The notes: generated from the letters alone by a model not told the origin. A stretch of 64,000 bases of DNA from Spirochaetia bacterium (GCA_034003955.1 JAVEXO010000001.1:72756-136755); one strand, 5' to 3'; counted from the first letter of the stretch, positions 17,366-25,912 are shown. Numbers and translations: made by a program.

Positions 17366-17842
17366 GTGAAAAGATTTTTGTGTGCGATGGTCGTGGTGAT
17401 CGCTCTCGTCTTCTCGGTGGGAGCCCAGGGATCCCCTGGTGGCGCGCCTGTTGGTGACGGAGTTTTCGTGGGGCGCATCAAGCTTGACGTTGGCATAGCG
17501 CGACTGGCTGAGATAGCCAGACTCGATGATGCGGCTACACTCCTTGAGCTTTCGGCAGACAGCTCTTTCATCCTCTTTGGCACACTATCACGGCCTTCTA
17601 TAGAGAGTGATCAACCCTTCTGGGCCATCTCCGAATTCCTTGAGGGTGAATGGATAGGCACCTCGGAGATACGTCTACACCGCGTATTCCTCTTGTTTGT
17701 AGGCGAGGCATATCGTGAATTCCTCGATGGATCTGCCGGCATGCGCGCTCTTGCCATAGTCAAGGATGCAACGCTGAGGGCCAACAAGGATGGCACCAAG
17801 GATGTGTATCTGAGCGTCGTATCGATAAGGCCTTTTTTCTGA
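17366..17842 (+). CDS. secreted hypothetical protein
   Basis: ORF track gives 17297..17842. GTG at 17366 is preceded by GGAGGA and gives the signal peptide (M)KRFLCAMVVVIALVFSVGAQG. An alternative ATG is at 17354. Confidence 0.5.
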   Translation: MKRFLCAMVVVIALVFSVGAQGSPGGAPVGDGVFVGRIKLDVGIARLAEIARLDDAATLLELSADSSFILFGTLSRPSIESDQPFWAISEFLEGEWIGTSEIRLHRVFLLFVGEAYREFLDGSAGMRALAIVKDATLRANKDGTKDVYLSVVSIRPFF

Positions 17843-17856
17843 AACGTAGCCGTGCC

Positions 17857-19065
17857 TTAGAATAGGCTGGCTTGCCAGCATCTTCCATTGCCACAGAACT
17901 CGATATCAGCAACAGCTATTTCTGGGCTCCTGCCTGATAGTACGGCGGCCCGCCTCACGACGTTTCTTAGTTCCCTCACATTGCCTGGCCAGTCCCACGA
18001 GACCAGTCGCTTGAGGGCGTCGGGTGTGATGCTTTTGTTCGGGCTGAATTTGGACAGAAATGAGTCTACCAGAAGCGCTATGTCTTCCTTATGCTCCCGC
18101 AGGGCGGGCATCCTGAGTATGAGGGTGTCCAATCTGTTTAGAAGCTCGGGTCTGAAGCGTCCGCGATTTCCATACAGATAGGCGTTTGTAGCCGATACGA
18201 TTCTGATGTCGTATGCGACCGGTTCCACCGAGCCTACTCTGCAACCTGTCTCAGTCTCCAGTGTTCTTAAGAATTTTGCCTGGATAGACAATGAAAGCTC
18301 CCCTATCTCATCCAGGAAAACGGTCCCTCCACGAGCCGATTCAAAGGCCCCTTTCTTCTCGACGGCATCGGTAAATGCCCCTTTGACCGTGCCAAAGAGG
18401 GTGCTTTCGACGAGATTCTCAGATATTGAGGCACAGTCGATTGGCAGAAATGTACAGAATTTTCGCGTAGAAGATGCATGGATGGCGGCGGCGGCCAGTT
18501 CCTTCCCGGTGCCGCTTTCGCCGAGGATGAGGACAGGGGCGTCGTCTCCGGCATACAAGGCTATGCGTTCCATAACGTCTTTTAACACGAGACTGTCGCC
18601 AAGCAGGCGCTGCTCTGTCCTGTCAAGAATGTAGCGTGTCTTCGGAACCGAGCCTTCGGCTACCGAACCGGCGCTTGGACCGGCGGATGAACCAGCGGAC
18701 GAACCGGCGGACGAAACGGCTGTGGCTAACCTGAGTGCGGCATATAAATCTTCGGCCTGGTACGGTTTCTCGACATAGCCATACGAGCCAGCCGGCCTGT
18801 GCACGAAGGCAGATGATGATGCATGTGCGGTGCAGACGAGCCCTGCTTCTGGATCTATCTTGGCAGCGGCTGTCTGCGGGTTGCAAATGCCATCTACCAG
18901 GCAACATCGTATATCAATGATTATTGCGCTAGGTTTGTGATTGCGTGAAAGCTGCGTTGCTTCCATCACGGAAGCGCAACTCTGCACCCTGTAACGACCC
19001 GCAAGGAGGGATGAAACGACTTTTCTGTCGTCTCCATCGAGGTCGACGATGCATACCGTTTTCAT
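17857..19065 (-). CDS. sigma-54-dependent AAA+ activator (receiver + AAA+), lacking a C-terminal HTH DNA-binding domain
   Basis: Start at MKTVCIVDLDGDD (ATG 19065). Walker A GESGTGKE, GAFTDA loop (consensus GAFTGA), VFLDEIGEL, VRELRNVV. The protein ends 34 aa after the VRELRN motif. Confidence 0.8.
   Translation of the reverse strand: MKTVCIVDLDGDDRKVVSSLLAGRYRVQSCASVMEATQLSRNHKPSAIIIDIRCCLVDGICNPQTAAAKIDPEAGLVCTAHASSSAFVHRPAGSYGYVEKPYQAEDLYAALRLATAVSSAGSSAGSSAGPSAGSVAEGSVPKTRYILDRTEQRLLGDSLVLKDVMERIALYAGDDAPVLILGESGTGKELAAAAIHASSTRKFCTFLPIDCASISENLVESTLFGTVKGAFTDAVEKKGAFESARGGTVFLDEIGELSLSIQAKFLRTLETETGCRVGSVEPVAYDIRIVSATNAYLYGNRGRFRPELLNRLDTLILRMPALREHKEDIALLVDSFLSKFSPNKSITPDALKRLVSWDWPGNVRELRNVVRRAAVLSGRSPEIAVADIEFCGNGRCWQASLF
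18665..18724. repeat. imperfect 12-bp x5 in-frame tandem repeat (SSAG/PSAG linker)
   Basis: GAACCGGCGCTT GGACCGGCGGAT GAACCAGCGGAC GAACCGGCGGAC GAAACGGCTGTG. Encodes SSAGSSAGSSAGPSAGS between the receiver and AAA+ domains. Confidence 0.8.
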
Positions 19066-19132
19066 GCCTATAATTCTATGCCGGCCGTGTCTGATCGCTG
19101 TCAATGATCTATAAGCGGTTGAGTAGGAGAAT

Positions 19133-19148
19133 AGGCAGCCTGCTTGCT
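19133..19148 (+). promoter_or_regulatory. candidate sigma-54 (-24/-12) promoter upstream of the HDOD gene
   Basis: aGGCAGcctgcTTGCT against consensus TGGCAC-N5-TTGCW. GG and GC are correctly spaced. It lies 127 nt upstream of ATG 19275, in the divergent intergenic region next to the activator gene. Confidence 0.4.
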
Positions 19149-19274
19149 TCTTTTACCGTTGCAAGTCGGAAGGTATTAAAGTAATCTAGTCATGGTGTAT
19201 ATTGGTTTTAAGACTATTTATAATGAAATGAACTGTTTGAATGCAATCTGAATCAATAAAGATGGAGACATAGA

Positions 19275-20801
19275 ATGGCCGGAAATGAATTAGTCGTTGA
19301 CGTCAACAAAATCAAGAAGGCGGCTCATAGTGCCATTCCTCTCACGATTACAACCTATACCTTGCCTCATGAAATAGAGGTGTACATAGAGGAAGTCCTC
19401 GAGGTTTTCCTCGGTGAACTAGGCCAGGCCAGGATAAAGGATTATCTGGTCTACTGCCTGAGAGAGCTCGCGGTTAACGCAAAGAAGGCTAATACCAAGA
19501 GAGTCTACTTCGAGACAAAAGGCCTGGATCTCAAGAACCCCGCCGATTATGAGGAGGGGATGCTCTCCTTCAAGGCCGATACCATGGAGAATATTTCCTA
19601 TTATCTGCAGAAGCAGAAGGAGCGGCAGTATTATATAAAAATCATATTTCAGGCACGAGGCTCCAATGTTGTCCTGGAGGTGAGGAACAATGCCGAGCTA
19701 ACGCGTACCGAGTACCTCCGAATCCAGGACAAGCTGGCTCACTCCAGGAAGTACAGTACGCTAGAAGAGGCTATGTCCCAGATTCTCGACGCCTCGGAAG
19801 GCGCCGGTCTAGGTCTCGTCATTCTGGTTCTCATGCTCAAGAAGATGAGCCTCGATGAGGAATGCTTTGATATAAGGACAGATAGCGGTGAGACCGTGGC
19901 GCGTATAACCGTCCCGGTGGCCGCAGCCAAGATAGAAAGCCTTTCGGCATTGACCGACGAGCTTGTCAGGCAGATAACGAGCCTTCCTCACTTCCCCGAG
20001 AATATCCTGACCATCCAAAGGCTCATAGCAGATCCCAAGAGCGAGATGGTTGACATAGCAAGGAACATTTCGACCGACCCGTCAATGACGGCAGATCTGC
20101 TCAAGCTTGTAAATTCGGCGCAATTCATGTTGCCGAGGCGAGTGGACAACATCGTCGATGCCGTAAAACTGGTTGGACTACGTGGAATAAAGAACCTCCT
20201 GTTCTCATACGGCGCTCAGAGCATTCTTGCCGACGAGAAGGGCATGGATCAGAAGGCCCTGTGGGATCATAGCTATCGTTGCGCCTATTACGCCTATAAT
20301 CTGGCCAAGAATTTCAAGCCAGGCAACAGAGCCCTGCAGGACGATGCGTACGTTGGGGGCATGCTCCATGACATGGGCAAGATTATATTCTCGGCCGTTC
20401 ACCCGGAACTGCTCGATCATATAAAGGCATTCTGTGAAACCAAGGGCATAGCCAAGTCGACCTTCGAAGACCTGGCCGGTGGCATGAACCACTCGGAGAT
20501 AGGTGCCCGTGTGGCCGAGAAATGGAATTTCCCTGATTCTCTCGTAGCCGCCATACGCTTCCACCACGAACCGGCCCTGATGACGACCGACTGGAAGGAC
20601 GTGGTCTATACCGTTTATCTGGCTAATGTATTCTGCGATTATGAATTAGGATCGATAGCCTACGACCAGATTGACAAGGACGTGCTCAGCGATTTTGGTT
20701 TCTTGAGTGATAAGCAGTTTGGCAAGACGGTTGATCAATTCGGCGAGGGCTTCAGGCAGGAAACCAATAAGATACGCGATTTAAGCGCGGTTAAGCACTA
20801 G
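19275..20801 (+). CDS. HDOD-domain protein with an N-terminal GHKL (SpoIIAB/RsbW-like) ATPase-like domain
   Basis: N-box-like LRELAVNAKKAN and G2-like EGAGLGLVILVLMLKK. HDOD: LPHFPENILTIQRLIADPKSEMVDIARNISTDPSMTADLLKLVNSAQF ... GGMLHDMGKIIF. Confidence 0.7.
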   Translation: MAGNELVVDVNKIKKAAHSAIPLTITTYTLPHEIEVYIEEVLEVFLGELGQARIKDYLVYCLRELAVNAKKANTKRVYFETKGLDLKNPADYEEGMLSFKADTMENISYYLQKQKERQYYIKIIFQARGSNVVLEVRNNAELTRTEYLRIQDKLAHSRKYSTLEEAMSQILDASEGAGLGLVILVLMLKKMSLDEECFDIRTDSGETVARITVPVAAAKIESLSALTDELVRQITSLPHFPENILTIQRLIADPKSEMVDIARNISTDPSMTADLLKLVNSAQFMLPRRVDNIVDAVKLVGLRGIKNLLFSYGAQSILADEKGMDQKALWDHSYRCAYYAYNLAKNFKPGNRALQDDAYVGGMLHDMGKIIFSAVHPELLDHIKAFCETKGIAKSTFEDLAGGMNHSEIGARVAEKWNFPDSLVAAIRFHHEPALMTTDWKDVVYTVYLANVFCDYELGSIAYDQIDKDVLSDFGFLSDKQFGKTVDQFGEGFRQETNKIRDLSAVKH

Positions 20802-20833
20802 GCGCATGGCGCTATGCGCATGGCGCTATGCGC
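20802..20833. repeat. tandem duplication of the 14-mer GCGCATGGCGCTAT (2.3 copies) filling the gap between convergent genes
   Basis: Copies at 20802-20815 and 20816-20829, then GCGC. Each unit can form a GCGCAT/ATGCGC hairpin. It overlaps the last codons of the M15 peptidase gene. Confidence 0.85.
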
Positions 20834-21638
20834 CTATCATCCTATACGCAGCCAGAAATTCAAGGAAGAATTGCTGGATGCCTTCAAAATAGTCGCGCTC
20901 CAACAAGACCCCGGGTTTCGTTATGTACCTAAAGTGCCAACTCTCCCAGACGTAGCCTGTCACCTCTTCCATCCCCTGTGGGAAGGAGCGTGAGAAGCCG
21001 TAACGCCACGCGTTCTCTTCCATCCACCTGCCGGCCTTGGATTCGGCGAAGGTATCATCTATGGGGAAGAAGTCTATGACCGTGCCTAGCTGATGCTGTG
21101 ATGTTCCCGGCCTGGCTGAAAACCTCGAGGCTTCCTCCTCGCCATAGCTTGCCGCGTAACGCTTGAAGAGCCCATCCTGATATTCATAGGAGCGGTACGA
21201 AGAGGCGAATATGATGTCGATGCCCTCTGCCTTTGCCGCCGAGGCCATCTGCCTGGAAGGCTCCATGATGCATTCCCTGAGCCTCAAATCTTTCCTGGTG
21301 ACAGAAACTCCCCATCCATTGATTGAAACAAGATCATTAGGCTCGTAGTCTGGGGGCAAGGCGTTTTTCTTATCAACAAGGATGAGGAGGTCGCCGGCGG
21401 CTAGCGATTCTTTATCCGCGGCCGCGAGTAGCTCGAGGAAGCTGTCAGGGGAGGCGAGAATGGCCTTTTCTATGCTCGCCTTGGTATCTGCTGGTAGTAC
21501 GTCCAGTGCGGCTAGTACGCGCCGTAGGCCTGCATCATGAGCGCTGGGCAAAGGCTCGGCCTCTACTGAGTTTCTGGCTCCACATGAACCGAGTGCTAAG
21601 GCGGAGGCGATAATGATGCCGGCAAGTTTCATCTGCAT
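20826..21638 (-). CDS. M15B (VanY-type) D-alanyl-D-alanine/LD-carboxypeptidase, lipoprotein
   Basis: Lipobox LALGSC. SYRSYEYQ, RPGTSQHQLGTVIDF (H..D zinc ligands), ESWHFRY. Confidence 0.85.
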   Translation of the reverse strand: MQMKLAGIIIASALALGSCGARNSVEAEPLPSAHDAGLRRVLAALDVLPADTKASIEKAILASPDSFLELLAAADKESLAAGDLLILVDKKNALPPDYEPNDLVSINGWGVSVTRKDLRLRECIMEPSRQMASAAKAEGIDIIFASSYRSYEYQDGLFKRYAASYGEEEASRFSARPGTSQHQLGTVIDFFPIDDTFAESKAGRWMEENAWRYGFSRSFPQGMEEVTGYVWESWHFRYITKPGVLLERDYFEGIQQFFLEFLAAYRMIGA

Positions 21639-21694
21639 CCCTAGAATCTATACCGTAGCTCCCGATAGGACAAGGCTCTTCAAAAGCCTGTGTT

Positions 21695-23626
21695 GTGAAC
21701 GAGTCTGCAAGTCTTCACAATGATGTGGTGGCACTGTATAGTAGAACGCTACGAGGCATACGGTCAAAACTAGGAAGCATGCCACGAACTAACGCTACTA
21801 TGGGATTGTATATGGATAAAGAGTCTTTTAAAATTGACGCGCGCATCGAGGCGGCCATAGCCGACCCGGGGCTGCTGAACGCTATTGCCCTGCTTTCTGA
21901 GCGTCTGGCCGTAGGTGGTGCGCTAGCCACCGTCAGGCTGGGCTCCGATCGTGACACGGTGCTTATGGCTGCAATCGCCTCCGCCCTGGTGGCAGAACCG
22001 GATCTCCAGACACTGGTTGTGGCACCCAGCGAGCACGAGGTGGCCGGCTTGAAGGCGGCCTTTGATCCGCTTGGCCGGGCCATAGGCAAGTCCGGTGTTA
22101 CCATTGGACGGGAAGGTGCGTCGATACAGGCTCCTGTGATAATTGGTTCACTTGATACCATAGCCTCCTTTGTAGCATCGGGCAGGCTGGAAAATCGCTC
22201 CTTTGGCCTCGTGGCCTTGAGCAACATGGATACTATGGCCAATGCAGCCACGGCAGCCATGCTGCGGCATGCACTTGGCTCCTCCTCTATGCAGCGTCGT
22301 TTGGTCGCCTTCTGCACCGACCTGGGGCCTTCTCACAGGGCAATAGCGCGCGATATAGGTGGAGCGTTGGTGGAGATGGAGCTAGAGGTCGAGGGAGAGA
22401 GAGCCAAGAGCGCGACCTGTCTGACATACACACTATCAGCCGATGACAAGAGTCGTCTTCTCCTGGGTTTGCTTAGGTCGGAAAAGAGCCGGCCTGTTGC
22501 CGTGTTCTGTGATCTGCGTGAGACAGCCGAGTCAACGGCCAGGATGCTCCGTGCGCGTGGTATAAGGACAGAGTTTATCCTTGGTAATCTGCCGCGAAAA
22601 CATGCCATTCTGGAGGCTGTCATAGGCGGAGAGTATGAGCTCCTTGTTCTCACCGACGAAGGCGCTCGTGGTCTGAGTAGGGCTTGGGCCGCGATGATAG
22701 TAAACTGGGATCTTCCCTTGGAGGCCGATCACTATCTTGCAAGGCTTGAAAATCTTGACACAGGTATCGATGATGCCAGCATCCATAATTTTGCCTGCGA
22801 ACGGTATGCATATGGAATACCTGCCATCGAGAGAGCCCTGGGTCATCGTCTTAAGACCATCAAGGCCGAAGAATCCATGATGGTCGCCGGCGTATCCATA
22901 CAAGAACCTCGTCCCCGAGCCGAGATGGACAGCCGGGGAGCAGCTGGTGCCGAAAGCGTATCGAATAGAGGCTCTAGCCGTCGGCGGGGCGATGATAACC
23001 GCGATACCGGAGGCCAGTATGATGGTCGCAACGCCAGGGCAATCCAGGCGGACATAGCCGCCATAACCGGTGGCAAGCCATTGCGAGACGCTTCCTTTAA
23101 TGAACCGGCCAAGAAAACCCAGGAGACGGTCTCTAAGAGTAAGAAACGTGGACGAAAGACAAGAGACAACGGCGCCACGGCAAATTCTGCCACAGTCTCC
23201 AGGCCGGCTTCCCCTGAGCCTGGCAAGCGTGGGCTGGATCAGCCTCGCCGTCGCGACGATAAGCAGACCCCTCGGCAACAAGCCAGGCGTCCCAAAGGCG
23301 GGACCGGCCAGCGTCTGGCGGACCCATACTCGGTGAGCATGGAAGAACGTCTCAGCTTATACCGTGAACGCTACGGCGAAGGCGCATCCAAGCCGGCTCA
23401 GGGTGGCAAGGCTCATGGTGCCAAGTCACAAGGGGGCAATGCCCAAGGCCGAAAGCCCCCTGCCCGTCGCGATGGCCCGGCTTCTCAGGCTCGACACGGC
23501 GACAAGGTAGCCGGTTCCAGGCCCGTTTCCAGGCCAAGCCCCCTCATGGACAAAGGTGCCGACAAGCCACAGTCCAAGGGTCTGCTAGGTTCCCTGCGGA
23601 ACCTGTTTGGCAAGAAGGAAGAGTAG
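21695..23626 (+). CDS. DEAD-box helicase-like protein with degenerate catalytic motifs and a long basic disordered tail; start uncertain
   Basis: Fold-defining motifs are retained (LVVAPSEHEVAGL ~ Ia, LVLTDEGARGLS ~ V). Motif I is GSDRDT (no GK[ST]), motif II is SNMD (not DEAD), motif III is CTD, and motif VI is absent. The C-terminal ~230 aa are R/K/G/P-rich. Confidence 0.6.
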   Translation: MNESASLHNDVVALYSRTLRGIRSKLGSMPRTNATMGLYMDKESFKIDARIEAAIADPGLLNAIALLSERLAVGGALATVRLGSDRDTVLMAAIASALVAEPDLQTLVVAPSEHEVAGLKAAFDPLGRAIGKSGVTIGREGASIQAPVIIGSLDTIASFVASGRLENRSFGLVALSNMDTMANAATAAMLRHALGSSSMQRRLVAFCTDLGPSHRAIARDIGGALVEMELEVEGERAKSATCLTYTLSADDKSRLLLGLLRSEKSRPVAVFCDLRETAESTARMLRARGIRTEFILGNLPRKHAILEAVIGGEYELLVLTDEGARGLSRAWAAMIVNWDLPLEADHYLARLENLDTGIDDASIHNFACERYAYGIPAIERALGHRLKTIKAEESMMVAGVSIQEPRPRAEMDSRGAAGAESVSNRGSSRRRGDDNRDTGGQYDGRNARAIQADIAAITGGKPLRDASFNEPAKKTQETVSKSKKRGRKTRDNGATANSATVSRPASPEPGKRGLDQPRRRDDKQTPRQQARRPKGGTGQRLADPYSVSMEERLSLYRERYGEGASKPAQGGKAHGAKSQGGNAQGRKPPARRDGPASQARHGDKVAGSRPVSRPSPLMDKGADKPQSKGLLGSLRNLFGKKEE

Positions 23627-23633
23627 GGCACGA

Positions 23634-24578
23634 TTAGGCATGTATCAGTTCTCGCGCAAGGCGGCAGGCGCCGCTCTGGGCGTCTTTTGCTGGTTCCACC
23701 AGGTGCAATTCCGGTCTAAGAGATACGAGGCGATCGCCGACTCTAGACCGGAGATCCCTGTTCTTCTCAAGGAGGCCTCCATACAGGGCAAGGCGCTTCC
23801 TGGACAGATGTGGAGCGAGCCTGTCATAGACAGATGTGGCTATGCCGGCCAGTTCTACGACGGCCTCATCGAGTATTGACATGGCCACCGAGTCTCCATG
23901 GCCTGCCAGGCGTGCTACCATTGGCGCGAATGAGGCTATACGTGCCTTGTCGAAATTCCAGAATGTCAGCGGTATGAGTTCCTGGGCGTCAGCCAGAGCG
24001 AAGTGCCTTAATGAGGCCTCAAGGAGGCCGCTAGCCTGGATTCTGCCCTCGCTTGCATGGATTCCCCGCCGTATACCTTCAAATGCTATCCAGAAGGCAG
24101 AGCCTTCATCTCCCAGGAAATGCCCCCAACCTCCGGCTCGCTCACGGCGGCCGTCCCTCGTCCGCCCAAAGGCTATGGAGCCGGTGCCAGCTATCAGGAG
24201 TATGCCTTCGGTGTCATCAAGGGCGCCTACGAGGGCAGGTTCGGAGTCGTTGGCTGCCCCGAAAACGGGATTTCCCTCGCTTGAAGCGGTCCGGAAGGCC
24301 GTCTGTAGCGCTCCTGTCATTGACTTGCGGTCTTCTGGCAGATCTACACCGGCCGAGCCTATGAAACCGGCGCGGCAAGATAAAGGATCGAGTCCAGCGG
24401 CCATGGCGCCTTCTATGAGGCTGCGCAGGGTGATTGCTACCGACTCTACGCTGGTGGCGTTGAGGTTGGTGCCTCCGCTTGAGCCTTCGTAGAGCCTGTC
24501 TCCAGACAGTGACTCGGCACGGATGCGCGAACTCGTTCCACCTCCATCTATGCCAAACACCCAATCGTTAATAGCCAT
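23634..24578 (-). CDS. N-acetylglucosamine kinase (BadF/BadG/BcrA/BcrD ATPase family)
   Basis: FGIDGGGTSSRI, IAGTGSIAFG, GWGHFLGDEGSAFWI. Confidence 0.8.
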   Translation of the reverse strand: MAINDWVFGIDGGGTSSRIRAESLSGDRLYEGSSGGTNLNATSVESVAITLRSLIEGAMAAGLDPLSCRAGFIGSAGVDLPEDRKSMTGALQTAFRTASSEGNPVFGAANDSEPALVGALDDTEGILLIAGTGSIAFGRTRDGRRERAGGWGHFLGDEGSAFWIAFEGIRRGIHASEGRIQASGLLEASLRHFALADAQELIPLTFWNFDKARIASFAPMVARLAGHGDSVAMSILDEAVVELAGIATSVYDRLAPHLSRKRLALYGGLLEKNRDLRSRVGDRLVSLRPELHLVEPAKDAQSGACRLARELIHA

Positions 24579-24739
24579 ATAGAGAGGCTCCTTAGCAATC
24601 TTTCGTATCGTTTCTGTGCAGAAAGGGTAGCATCGCGCAATAGTTTACCATGGTAGCTCAAACCCTTGGAACTTACTTTTATTTGCTTGCAGTGTTTCTA
24701 TATACTAGTAGTGTAGAGCCAAGACGCTGGAGGTGCCTC

Positions 24740-25912
24740 GTGTCGCAAATATGTCTACATAATGCCGCGTTGCTTGCCGGGTACGCCCGTATGGAGCAGT
24801 GCGCCGTACTCGTAGAGGATGGCAGAATACTGGATGTCTTCTCAGAGAAAAGATTTGCTCAGAAAAATCTACCATCGGATACGCTGATTCTTGATGTTGA
24901 CGGTGCCTTCCTGGCTCCTGGCTTCATAGATACCCACATCCATGGTTTTGCAGGTTTTGGCACCGAGGATATGTCGGTAGATGCCATAGTCGCTATGTCT
25001 GACAGATTAGGTTCCTACGGCGTAAGCGCCTTCTGCCCGACGATCTACCCCATGGACCTGGATGACATGGTAAGGTCCATTGCCTCGTGTGTAGACGCCA
25101 TGGGCAAGGAAACCGGAGCCCGGGTGATGGGTGTCCATCTTGAAGGCCCCTTCCTTTCAATGGCTCGTCTAGGAGTTCAGCAATCTGAATATGTGCGCCA
25201 GGTAGATATAGACGTCATGGATCGCCTGTTCAGAGCCGGCCGTGGCCATATAACAAACATGACCGTCGCACCGGAATTGAAGGGCATGAGGGAACTGGCA
25301 CTCTACTGCCTCTCAAGGAACATCGTGCTCCAGGCAGGACACACCGACGCCAGCTACGAGAACATGATGGAGGGAATGCAGGCGGGCATCATGCATTCTA
25401 CCCACTTCTTCAATGCCATGAGCCGTCTCCATCATCGTGATCCTGGAGCGGTTGGCGCCATACTGATCAATCCTGAGCTTTCATGCGAGATAATAGCCGA
25501 CGGAAAGCATGTGCATCCCGACCTCATCCGGCTCCTTCTTCGTGACAAGCCGCAAAGCAAGGTTGTACTGGTGACAGACGCGCTCAAGCCAACCGAGCAG
25601 GAACGGTATCCCCTCATAGCCAACCGTCAGGAGGTCGTGCTTGAAGACGGCGTATTCCACCGTAAAAGCGACGGTGTCCTGGCAGGCTCCTGTCTGACCA
25701 TGATAGCCGGCGTCAAGAACCTGGCATCGTGGGGTGTGCCAATAGAAGCGGCTGTGGAGATGGCCTCCAGCAATCCTGCACGCATAGTAGGTCTTGGCAA
25801 ACGCGGTCTAATTGTGCCAGGTTATGAGGCCGACTTAGTGGTTTTTGACAATGATTTCTCGGTACTCGCGACGATGGTAGGCGGGCGTTTCATAAAGAAC
25901 GAACTGGGCTAA
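24740..25912 (+). CDS. nagA: N-acetylglucosamine-6-phosphate deacetylase
   Basis: ORF track gives 24650..25912. I moved the start to GTG 24740 (GGAGG SD). Motifs: FIDTHIHG, HLEGPF, QAGHTDA, STHFFNAM, VTDAL. Confidence 0.88.
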   Translation: MSQICLHNAALLAGYARMEQCAVLVEDGRILDVFSEKRFAQKNLPSDTLILDVDGAFLAPGFIDTHIHGFAGFGTEDMSVDAIVAMSDRLGSYGVSAFCPTIYPMDLDDMVRSIASCVDAMGKETGARVMGVHLEGPFLSMARLGVQQSEYVRQVDIDVMDRLFRAGRGHITNMTVAPELKGMRELALYCLSRNIVLQAGHTDASYENMMEGMQAGIMHSTHFFNAMSRLHHRDPGAVGAILINPELSCEIIADGKHVHPDLIRLLLRDKPQSKVVLVTDALKPTEQERYPLIANRQEVVLEDGVFHRKSDGVLAGSCLTMIAGVKNLASWGVPIEAAVEMASSNPARIVGLGKRGLIVPGYEADLVVFDNDFSVLATMVGGRFIKNELG

